NCBI RefSeq assembly: GCF_039654945.1
Contig: NW_027362112.1
Span: 1,736,001 to 1,800,000, forward strand
Origin: Dendrobates tinctorius
Taxonomy: Eukaryota
Direction: 5' to 3'
Length of the DNA stretch: 64,000 bases
A program made the translations under genes and the position numbers. Each line of letters opens with the position of its first letter. Position 1 is the first letter of the stretch. Under the pieces are notes generated by a model. The model was not told the DNA's origin, did not search any database, and saw only the letters and a list, made by a program, of their open reading frames with translations. This document shows, piece after piece, positions 33,601 to 45,600 of this stretch.

Positions 33601-36600
33601 GACGAGGGGCGGCGAGAGTCCGCCACAAGAGGACGGGACGAGGGGCGGCGAGAGTCCGCCACAAGAGGACGGGACGAGGGGCGGCGAGAGTCCGCCACAC
33701 GAGGACGGGACGAGGGGCGGCGAGTGTCCGCCACACGTGGACGGGACGAGGGGTGGCGAGTGTCCGCTACACGACACGAGGACGGGACGAGGGGCGGCGA
33801 GTGTCCGCTACACGACACGAGGACGGGACGAGGGGCGGCGAGTGTCCGCCACACGAGGACGGGACGAGGGGCGGAGAGCGTCCGCCACACGAGGACGGGA
33901 CGAGGGGCGGCGAGCGTCCGCCACACGAGGACGGGACGAGGGGCGGCGAGGGTCCGCCACACGAGGACGGGACGAGGGGCGGCGAGAGTCCGCCACAAGA
34001 GGACGGGACGAGGGGCGGCGAGAGTCCGCCACACGAGGACGGGACGAGGGGCGGCGAGTGTCCGCCACACGAGGACGGGACGAGGGGCGGCGAGTGTCCG
34101 CCACACGAGGACGGGACGAGGGGCGGCGAGTGTCCGCCTCACGAGGACGGGACGAGGGGCGGCGAGTGTCCGCCACACGTGGACGGGACGAGGGGCGGCG
34201 AGTGTCCGCCACACGTGGACGGGACGAGGGGCGGCGAGTGTCCGCTACACGACACGAGGACGGGACGAGGGGCGGCGAGTGTCCGCTACACGACACGAGG
34301 ACGGGACGAGGGGCGGCGAGTGTCCGCTACACGACACGAGGACGGGACGAGGGGCGGCGAGTGTCCGCCACAAGAGGACGGGACGAGGGGCGGCGAGAGT
34401 CCGCCACAAGAGGACGGGACGAGGGGCGGCGAGAGTCCGCCACACGAGGACGGGACGAGGGGCGGCGAGAGTCCGCCACACGAGGACGGGACGAGGGGCG
34501 GCGAGAGTCCGCCACACGAGGACGGGACGAGGGGCGGCGAGTGTCCGCCACACGAGGACGGGACGAGGGGCGGCGAGAGTCCGCCACACGAGGACGGGAC
34601 GAGGGGCGGCGAGAGTCCGCCACAAGAGGATGGGACGAGGGGCGGCGAGAGTCCGCCACACGAGGACGGGACGAGGGGCGGCGAGTGTCCGCCACACGAG
34701 GACGGGACGAGGGGCGGCGAGTGTCCGCCACACGAGGACGGGACGAGGGGCGGCGAGTGTCCGCCTCACGAGGACGGGACGAGGGGCGGCGAGTGTCCGC
34801 CACACGTGGACGGGACGAGGGGCGGCGAGTGTCCGCCACACGTGGACGGGACGAGGGGCGGCGAGGGTCCGCCACACGAGGACGGGACGAGGGGCGGCGA
34901 GCGTCCGCCACACGATGACGGGACGAGGGGCGGCGAGCGTCCGCCACACGAGGACGGGACGAGGGGCGGCGAGCGTCCGCCACACGAGGACGGGACGAGG
35001 GGCGGCGAGCGTCCGCCACACGAGGACGGGACGAGGGGCGGCGAGTACACGCCACATGGGATCTGGAGGACTGGTCAGAGTTGGCAAGACCAGAGGAGGG
35101 GTGGTGACTACCAGCTACACAAGAACCAGAGGACAGGACAAGAGCAGTTAGTGGCACCGCCATGAGGACTGGAGGATGGTGGTAAGAGTTGGTGGCTTGG
35201 ATTCGCCACAGTCATGTGGTTTTACCTGTAGGTGACAGTTCTGGATCACGCTACCCCGGGAGATGGCTACTTCTCCGCGCAGGCGGCTGCTAATCACGCA
35301 GCTTCCGTCTTCCACCAGCTCAGGATGCTACAGACACAACACATGTAACACCGTTAGACGGCGCCACACAACACCGCCAGATGCAGCACCAGGGATACAG
35401 CTGCAGTTCTGCCATGTATCAGACAGAAGCTCCCCCATCATTGTACCGTAATCGAGGAGTGCGCCATGGTGCTGCGGTCGCCGCCCGCTGAGGCCGCTGT
35501 GACCAGATTAGCGATGTGATCTCGAGCTCGCAGGGACAGATACTCGTAGCTGCCATCTGGGATGTACACTGCAGATGGAAACAGGCCAGGATGTAACGTC
35601 ACCTCCCAATGGTAAGGGGCACCTGTGCGGCCGCTCCTGGTACTGATGTGCGGCATGTCCGTATCTTCCACCTACCCAGACTCAGCGGGAGGTCGTGCAG
35701 CTCCTTCCACAGGATGGAACGCGCATTTCTTAACTTCTGGCTGATGTGATGGTCGCCGCTCAGGAATGTCTCCTCGCTGACATCGCGGCACATGCTCATC
35801 AGAACGTCGAGGAACAGAGACACCTAGGAAAGCACGTCACGGTCAGCACAGAGAGCGCCGGGGCCCGATACACAAAATCCAGAGAATCCCCCCACCCCCC
35901 GCTCACCTCCAGGGGCTCCGCGCCAGAGTCCAGACCCTGATACGTGCAGCCGTCCAGGGGAGAAGCAGCGAGAGCACAGAGGAAACGCTCCGCTGTCTCT
36001 GTGGACAGGAAGACGATGCCGGAGACCTTGGAGAGGACACAGTGAATGAGAAGACAGATGGAGGCGAAAGAGACAGGCCTGTGATCTAGGAAAGGAGACA
36101 GTGAATAAGACAAGGGACGGCGCGAGAGAGACGAGGCCGGAGACCTAGGAAAGGAGACAGTGAATGAGAAGCGAGACGGAGGCAAGGCGAGGGAGAAAAA
36201 GAGAGACGGGGCGAGCGAGAGTGAACACAAAAGAGACTGAGAAGGGAGACATCTGGGACTGAAGGAATAAAGGTACAGTGCCTTGCGAAAGTATTTGGCC
36301 CCCTGGAACTTTTCAACCTTTTCCCACATATCCTGCTTCAAACATAAAGATACCAAATATAAATTTTTGGTGAAGAATCAACAAGTGGGACACAATTGTG
36401 AAGTTGAACGAAATTTATTGGTTATTTTACATTTTTGTGGAAATTCAAACACTGAAAAGTGGGGCGTGCAATATTATTCAGCCCCTGTAACTTAATGCTT
36501 TGTTGCGTCACCTTTTGCTGTGATTACAGCTGCAGTCTCTTGGGGTATGTCTCTATCAGTTCTGTACATCGAGAGACAAATTCTCGCCCATTCTTCCTTG

Positions 36601-39600
36601 GCAAACAGCTCGAGCTCAATGAGGTTGGATGGAGATGGTTTGTGAACAGCAGTTTTCAGCTCTTTCCACAGATTCTCGATTGGATTCAGGTCTGGACTGT
36701 GACTTGGCCATTCTAACACCTGGAGACGTTTATTTGGGAACCATTCCATTGTAGATTTTGCTTTATGTTTGGGATCATTGTCTTGTTGGAAGACAAATCT
36801 CCGTCCCAGTCTCAGGTTTTTTGCAGACTCCAACAGGTTTTCTTCAAGAATGGTCTTGTATTTGGCTCCATCCATCTTCCCTGTCCCTGCTGAAAAAAAA
36901 GCAGGCCCAAACCATGATCCTGCCACCACCATGTTTGACAGTGGGGGTGGTGTGTTCAGGGTGATGAGCTGTGTTACCTTTATGCCAAACATATCGTTTG
37001 GCATTGTTGCCAAAAAGTTCGATTTTGGTTTCATTTGACCAGAGCACCTTCTTCCACATGTTTGGTGTCTCCCAGGTGGCTTGTTGCAAACTTTAAACAA
37101 CACTTTTTATGGATATCTTTGAGAAATGGCTTTCTTCTTGCCACTCTTCCATAAAGGCCAGATTTGTGCAGTGTACGACTGATTGTTGTCCTATGGACAG
37201 CCTGTCCCACCTCAGCTGTAGATCTCTGCAGTTCATCCAGAGTGATCATGGGCCTCTTGGCTGCATCTCTGATCAGTCTTCTCCTTGTTTGAGATGAAAG
37301 TTTAGAGGGATGGCCGGGTCTTGGTAGATTTGCAGTGGTATCATACTCCTTCCATTTCAATATAATCACTTGCACAGTGCTCTTGGGATATTTAAAGTTT
37401 TGGAAATCATTTTGTATCCAAATCCAGCTTTAAACTTCTCCACAACAGTATCACGGACCTGCCTGTTGTGATCATTGGTCTTCATGATGCTCTCTGTGCT
37501 TCACACAGAACCCTGAGACTATCACAGAGCAGGTGGGGGGCGGAGCCTGAACGTTGGTGGAGCAAGAAGCAGGAAACCTGAGCTCCCGGACAAATGCACC
37601 AAAAGGGGCTCTAATATCACCAGAGCCTTCTTTTTATACCATCCCCGCATTACAACCCAAACCAGGACCCCACTGGATCGCATAGACCCTGGGTGGCAAG
37701 TCACGTTCGGGATAAAGAAGGGATTCATATAACTGTGGCCCTGCAGGCGGGAGATTGCCGGAGTGGCGGAAGGATATACTGCTAACAGCACCATCGCCTC
37801 GGGTAGAGGACTTCACCCCTGACCCAAGGCTGTCAGATAAGAGAGACCCCGGAGCTAACCCTCCCCTGCAAATAAGGTACCATTGCGAAACCCCCTGACC
37901 AGGACACATAAAATCGCTACTATTCTCATAGCTGGGGGACGGCTACAGAGAGTGTGTATCACGCCGCAGCATTGAAAATAGTCCCGTCGGGCTTGCAGAA
38001 GACACGCGGCCCGGGACCTAGAATAGACGTGCAGCGGCACGCTTCAGCCTCCTCCCCTCTCTGCAGTCAGTGAGAGAGATCTGAGGAATTCAAGCGTCTC
38101 CTGGAGCTGAGGTAACATTGAAATAACAGAAGCAAGGTGACGGAGTGTCTTAAGCAGAGGGGTCTGATTCAGGGGACAGAGGACCAGGAGAGCATGGTCA
38201 TTCTCCCTAACTCCGTAGCAATAAAGGAGATAATCAATTAATCAAGTGGGGGCCTGAGACTGTCTGACCCGAGGGGTGCGAGGAGAGAAGGGAGTAATAT
38301 AAGGAGCCTTAGATCTGTATTAAGCGCTCCCCCCCCACCAGTGCTGTCCCTACATCTTTCATCCCCCCCTTATTTGCTTTCTAATTGACCCATGTTATAC
38401 CTAGCTGTACGAATATAAGAGAGGATTCTCTGGAAAACCAGCAGAAAGTGGTTATAGACTGCCATCTAGTGACCAGAGCCAGAACGACATCTCTTTCCAT
38501 TGTTTATCACTTATAAGATTGGGCATAAAATGGAACATTAGCTAAATTCATAGCCAGCGAGAGGAATTCTAATCTTCAAACTGCTCTATTCTTCTCTGCT
38601 TTAGATAACTGCAAAAATGGGGAGATCCAGCGTAAAAACGCAAAAAAGCATGCCCAAACCTACAAAGTCCACTACGCAAACAGACATGGATGACTTTCTT
38701 ACAAAACAAACGGTTCCGTCAGATTCTCTTAAACCATCCAAGCTTCGTGATTTGACCTCATTAGGAGATTCAGATTCTGAACCGGAGAGTGACTCTGACA
38801 CGGGCAGCACAGCGAGAGAGGCCTTAGTCACTCGTTCGTTCATCAAACGTATATTGTCTAAAGCTCTTGAGCCAATAGGACAAGAACTTGCAGAGATAAA
38901 ACACGACCTAAAACTTCAAGGCCACAGACTTGAGACATTGGAAAATTCGCAAGTTGCCATGACGCAAAGTTCGAACGCTGTACTAGACTCTTTAAAAGTC
39001 CATGAAATCCAACTACATACAATTCACACGGTGCTAGAAGATCATGAGAACAGAGAACGTCGTAACAACATAAGAGTTAAAGGCCTTTCTGAAACGGTGG
39101 CCGTTGAGGCGTTATGGAAAGCAACACAAGAGATATTCAAAGAACTACTTAATGAATCAGATCCGCAGGAAATTGAACTGGTGAGAGTACACAGAGCATT
39201 GCGTCCGAGGCCTTCTCAAGGGGAAACTCCACGAGATGTGATCTGTCGCTTCCTCGATTATCGAGCAAAAGACTTAGTTCTTCGCAGAGCGCGGGAGGCG
39301 CAGGAGATCTCGTATGAAGGCTCACAAATTAAACTTTTCCAGGATTTATCGGCCAGCACTCTCAGGAAGCGGAGGATCTTGAAACCGTTCACTGAAGCAT
39401 TGATAAAAAAAGGCGTCCGTTTTAGATGGTTGTTCCCGTTTGGAGTACATATCACAAATGGAGAAAAAGGTATCTCAGCAAGAACATCACAAGACATCAA
39501 AGAGGCATGTGAGTCCTTGGGGATTGAGCTGGAGGCCTACCCGGATCTGGAGTCCTTCCATTCGGCGACCCTATTGCATCCGCTGCCAGATGACCCGGCG

Positions 39601-42600
39601 TGGCAGATAGCCCTGACGCCAAAATCACAAAGGCTGAAAAGGAAGCTGACAAAGACCTCGCTTCCTAAGGACTCCAGAGACAATACTTGATCTTTGGGTT
39701 AGACCCAGATTTTGCAGTTAAGTTTTTCTTGGTGTCTACCCCAGTTGGGGTATTGAATGTGGTTGAAGCAAATCTGATGGGGTTGGCGTGCTTTTCCAAA
39801 TATGGGTAAGCACTGCTGCCACATCTATCCAATAATTCGTTGTAAGGTTTCAACCTAGATTTAGTTACAGCCCAAACTGGGCATTCTCCTAGAATGGAGC
39901 ATTTCATATTTCATATTTAGTTTATAGGCTGATTGGAATTTTCCTCAAGCTGGCATTCTATGAAACAATGTCAGTAGGTAACTATGGTACGTTGGCATAT
40001 TGGTCAATGATATTGTGCAACTTAATAACATGGATAATGTTAATATTGTGTTCTCCCCCTCTTTACCTTTCTGTTTTCTCTACCCTTTTCTTTCTTTCGT
40101 CTGGTCTACTTGTCCTAGACCCCCTCCCCACACCTATAGGCACAAGGATTCGTCTCCGTCGTGAGCTGCAAGGATGCTGCTGTGTACAGAAACATGATGG
40201 ATTCGGATAAGGTACACACATTCATCTCTTTTAACGCACATGGGCTGAACTCTCCAAACACTAGACGCCACACATTACAACTATTCAAAAAACAGCAGGC
40301 AGCAGTATTGCTTATTCAGGAAACGCACTTCAAACCGGATAAATTGCCCTCCTTTGAAAGCTCGATTTATGATAAATGGTTTCATGCGACAACCACCCAG
40401 TCCGGTTCCAGAGGAGTGTCAATAGCAGTGGCAAGGGGAGTGCCCTTCCAGCTAAGAGAAACTATGGCGGACCCTCAGGGTCGTTACATCTTTGTCAAAG
40501 GTCTACTAAACGGTGCCCTGGTAACATTGTGCAGTTTATACGCACCAAATAAAAAACTATTGAGATGGGTACTCTCAACACTGAAAAAAATTGATGGCTT
40601 TAGAGAGGGTGCATTGATAGTGGGTGGGGACTTGAATGTTGCATTAGAGCCTTTGCTAGACACGACTAAACAGAAAAGTTCGCTCTCACCTAAAGATCTT
40701 TACAGAATAAAGTCACAACTGGGATCTCTACAATTGATTGACACATGGAGATATCTAAACCCCTCTGACCGAGACTACACCTTCTACTCCCACCCTCATA
40801 AATCTTACCACCGTTTAGACTATATTTTTATATCCAGTAAAATGCTTGCCAATATACAACAGGCGAAAATAATTCCGAATATTTATTCCGATCACTCTTC
40901 GGTTTTGTTAAAATTCTCATTATCTAAAGCCTTTCCCCGACATAGAGTATGGCGGCTCAATGAGTCAGTACTTGGAAGTACCGAGGTACAGACACGTATA
41001 AACAAAGTGCTCTCCCAATATTTTGAGCAAAATGCTTCACCAGAAATTTCCTCACAGATACTATGGGAAGCACATAAGTCAGTTGTCAGAGGGGAGTTGA
41101 TATCTATCACTTCCTTTCTAAATAAACTGCAACAAAAAGAAATCCAGGATCTTTATGATAGTATATCACAGCTGGAGCTTACACATAAACATAAAATAGA
41201 TCAACATAGCTTAGAGAAGCTGCAACAAAAAAGACAGCAACTTAAAGACATATTAAACTCGAGATCTGCTAAGCTATATGCAACATGGAAAAACAGAATG
41301 TACGTCCATGGAGACAAAGCATCCAAATTAATGTTATCGCAACTAAGGAAGCGGCAGTCACGTACGCTGATTAACTCAATTAAGAATGAACAAGGGTTCA
41401 GCTCGCAAGCTCCTGAGCACATGGAGCGGGCATTCCTTGACTACTATAAGAAATTATATAATCTCCGTCCGGAAGATAACGCCGATTCCGCACTTAAAAG
41501 AAGCATGGACACTAGGTCCTTCCTAAGCACTTTAGATCTGCCTGTCTTGTCTGATTCCCAAAAACAATATCTTACTAGACCTTTTTCACTGGGGGAGTTG
41601 CAGTCCGCCCTGTCAAAGTGCCCGAAGGGGAAAGCGCCCGGTCCAGATGGATTCTCAGCACTTTACTATAAATCCTTCTCTGGCCTCCTACTCCCACATT
41701 TATTGAACGTTTGCAACGCAGTTTTACAAGGCCACCCATTGCCAAACCAAATGCTTACAGCCAGAATATCCCTAATACACAAAGAGGGGAAGGATCCTGA
41801 ACAATGTAGTAGCTATAGGCCAATCTCTCTCCTTAATGTGGACCTAAAAATCCTAGCAGGGCTGATGGCAAAAAGAATGGCCAAGTCATTGCCAAATTTG
41901 ATTTCCTTAAATCAGACCGGGTTTGTGGGTGGAAGGGAGGGAAGGGATAATGTCCATAAAGTATTGCACCTTCTTCAATACGCAAAAAATCGTAAACTAC
42001 CATTGATGCTTCTTGGAACAGATGCAGAGAAGGCCTTTGACAGGGTGGACTGGGTATACCTACGGGAAGTGCTGATCAAGTTTGAAATACCCGAAGCGTT
42101 TATAGCAGCCGTAATGGCAATGTACGATAAGCCCACAGCACATATTAGGATTAACGATTTTACAACAGATGCATTTACTATAAAGAACGGAACAAGACAG
42201 GGCTGTCCCCTATCCCCGTTGTTATTTGTGCTAGCAATGGAACCTCTCTTAAAGGCCATACAAGTACATGAGGGAATAGAGGGTATTCGCATCAATAAGA
42301 CACACTATAAAATAGCGGCATTTGCGGACGATCTTTTAGTCTTGATGACTAATCCTTTGCTGGGACTCCCAACATTGATGGCTCTTATAGATCAATATAG
42401 CAAAATTTCCAATTTTAAAGTAAATATGTCTAAGTCGGAAGCGCTAGACATACATATATCCCCGAATACCTTAGCTAAACTAAAAAGTACATACCCATTC
42501 ACCTGGCCAAAACAATATATCAAATATTTAGGTGTAAAGATAGGAAGATCGGATAGAGACCTTTTTCAACAGAATATTCCCCCCCTAATTGCCTCAGTAG

Positions 42601-45600
42601 AAACCATCATGAAATCATGGAGGGACTCGTATGTGTCGTGGATGGGAAGGAAAAATTTACTGAAGAGCCTAATCTTACCCAAGTTTATATATATTTTCCA
42701 AATGCTCCCTATAACCATCCCCAAATCGTATCTTTTTAAAATTAATACATTATTCCGCAGATATGTTTGGAAAAAGCAAAAGCCCCGATTAGCATACAGG
42801 ACATTAACATTAAACAAATCAAGGGGTGGGATGGGTGCACCAGACATAATGAGGTACTACCAAGCGACAATGCTTACCAGAGTGGTAGACCTGTTGCGGT
42901 CTCCTAACAATAAGCAGTGGATTGAGGTGGAGGAAGCCCTAGCACCTTATCCCCTGAGATCCATCCTTTTGGCATATCCTTGTAAAAACATAAACAAAAA
43001 TCTACCTAATATACACACCAAAGCTACCTTAAAATTATGGAAGGGATTGGTGAAAACTCTAGTTCCCCCTTTGTCCCCCTTACTCAAGTTGGCAGATATA
43101 ATGCCACACGCATCTTATTCCCGAGACAATGATGTAATCAAACCCGGTTCCCTGGCAAATGTAGCGGTTGATGACCTCTTGGCGGACGGGGCACTCCCCT
43201 CCTTGCAGGAACTGAAGAAGCAACCAGGGCTTTCCAACTTGACCTTTATACAATTCGGCTCTATAAGAGACTCCTTGGCACGGTATCTTTTAGGAGCAGA
43301 CGTTACCCGCCCACTGACTGCATTTGAGACTCTCTGTGCAACAAAGGATAAACCCAAAAAGATAATGTCGTCTATTTACCAGATTTTAAATATAACTGAC
43401 TGTTGTCTCAAAAGAGCTTATATAACACATTGGGAAAAGGATTTGGGATTCAAGTTTACCCCAAATCAAATATCACACATTTATAATTCATCTCATGGCC
43501 CATCACAATGTGTTAGAGCACAAGAGAATTCCTTTAAAATAGTCGCCAGATGGTATATTACACCACAGCAGAACACTTATTGGCGGACGGGGTCTTCTGC
43601 TAGATGCTGGAGATGCTGTGATTCGGAGGGAACATACTTACATATGTGGTGGTCCTGTCCACCCCTGCTGCAGTTCTGGCGACTAGTAGAGGATTATATC
43701 GGGGAAATTGTGGGCAAAAAGCTTACTTTGACTCCGGAGATAGTGCTTTTAAATTTTCTGTCACCGACTGGACATAAAAATACTGCTCTGTTGACTCAAC
43801 ACATTCTTTCAGCAGCGAAACTTTTGATACCTATGAACTGGAAGTCAACTACCATTCCATCTATATCCCAATTGCAAGAGAAGGTAGATATGCTATATCA
43901 AGTAGCCAAACTGGCTGCCTTGGTGAATGGCTCACTTTCAGCTTTTGAAAGAGTATGGCACCCATGGACCCGATTCAGATCCATTAGTAGAAGTTGATAA
44001 GGCTATGGTGGCCTCCTTGCTTGGCTTTATCAGAGTGGACGAAATCCTTGTTGCCTAGTGTTCCCCCCCCCCTCCCCTTATCTCCCTTATATTCCACCCC
44101 TATATCCCAACTTCTTCCTCTAATTACTTGACCTCCTGTCCCTTTACTCCCTATACTGTTTTTTTTTTCTCTTCTCTTTTCTTCTTTTTTGTTCTTCTTC
44201 ATCTTTGTTTGAAATCATGGCATATGTGATGTAGCAGGGGCGTGTGGATGGGAAGAACCCAGATTTGAACCCAGATAATCCTGCTGCTGGAAGTTCCTTT
44301 AAGGCTGTTGGTGTCCTTAAACCTCTATATATCAATAGTTTTTGCCATGAATTGATATTTCAAACTATCTGTTTATCTCCCGAAAAGTGGAATTTGTAGG
44401 TTATATAATAATTTTGTAAGCTACCCTGTTGATTGCTTTCTTTCGGATGTAACTTGCAGATTTCAATAAATAAAACATTAAAACAAAACAAAACAGAGCA
44501 GGTGCATTTATACGGAGACTTGATTACACACAGGTGGATTATATTCATCATCATTAGTCATTTAGGACAACATTGGATCATTCACAGATCCACAATGACC
44601 TGCTGGAGGGAGTTTGCTGCACTGAAAGTAAAGGGGCTGAATAATATTGCACGCCCCACATTTCAGTTTTTGAATTTCCACAAAAATTTAAAATAACCAA
44701 TAAATTTCGTTCAGCTTCACAATTGTGTCCCACTTGTTGTTGATTCTTCACCAGAAATTTACATTTGGTATCTTTATGTTTGAAGCATGATATGTGGGAA
44801 AAGGTTGAAAAGTTCCAGGGGGGCCGAATACTTTCGCAAGGCACTGTATCTGTCACTAAATATCGAGCATTCACAGGAAAAACTAAGACAGGCATATAGA
44901 AGACCGAATGAAAATGCCAGAGCGATGGCCAGGACAGAGGACTGGGGATAGCCGAGACCATGAGATAAGTAAGAGTCAACCGATGCCAAAGAGAGTGTTA
45001 GTGGCCGCCGCAATGAACAGGAGATGGCGCAGACACTACCAGTGGAACGTGCTGACCGTCCAGGAGACAGGCCCGGATCTGCTCGCTGGAGCCGCGGTAA
45101 ACGATGTGCCTCACAATGCCCTGTAAGAATGAAGCGGACAGTGAGGTGCCGGCCAGAGACGGGCCACCGGACCACAGACGGGCCGTCTCCACCTACCTGC
45201 TCATCTGCCAGGTACACGCCGTGGTCCTTGGCATATTCTGGGGTTCCTGGCAGCGAGATGACACGAGCTCCCCTAAACTGCATCCAGTTAATTTCTATAC
45301 ACACAGGTCAGGTAAGGGAGAATGTCAGTAAGAAGGGTGCTGGATGGGGATGGAGGTCTGGGAGCCACGTTGGGGGCAGGACTCACGTGGCTTCGACAGA
45401 AGGGTCAGGGTCATGTCCGTACTACAGATCCAGACACCCGGAGGAGAGTCGGGACACAGCTATCGGGGCGGACAGATGAGAAGTCACACGTTACCAAGAA
45501 AGTCACCATTAACCAGACCCTGCTCCCCGAGCGAACAGTCCAGCAGTCAGACCTCGCGCCTCACCTGGTGCCTAAGTATGCTCAGCAGACTGTCCACGTT

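Larger units (their letters stand above)
37536..44492 (+). mobile_element. Full-length L1-clade LINE (~6.96 kb)
   Basis: 12-bp TSD ACAGAGCAGGTG (37524-37535 / 44493-44504). 5' end GGGGGCGGAGC, ~1.08-kb 5' UTR, two open ORFs, AATAAA at 44465 and an A-rich (AAAAC)n tail. Confidence 0.95.
36276..44846 (-). mobile_element. Passport/Eagle-like IR/DR Tc1 transposon (frameshifted transposase) carrying a nested full-length L1
   Basis: TA|CAGTGCCTTGCGAAAGTATT ... AATACTTTCGCAAGGCACTG|TA with ~210-bp TIRs (36276-36487, 44632-44846). Transposase on - from ATG 37485 ([50 protein letters not shown]) in three frames. Confidence 0.93.

Noticed and set aside
37634-37909. Antisense ORF in the L1 5' UTR (ORF0-like)
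   Set aside because: Short, no recognisable motifs, and no conservation evidence available.
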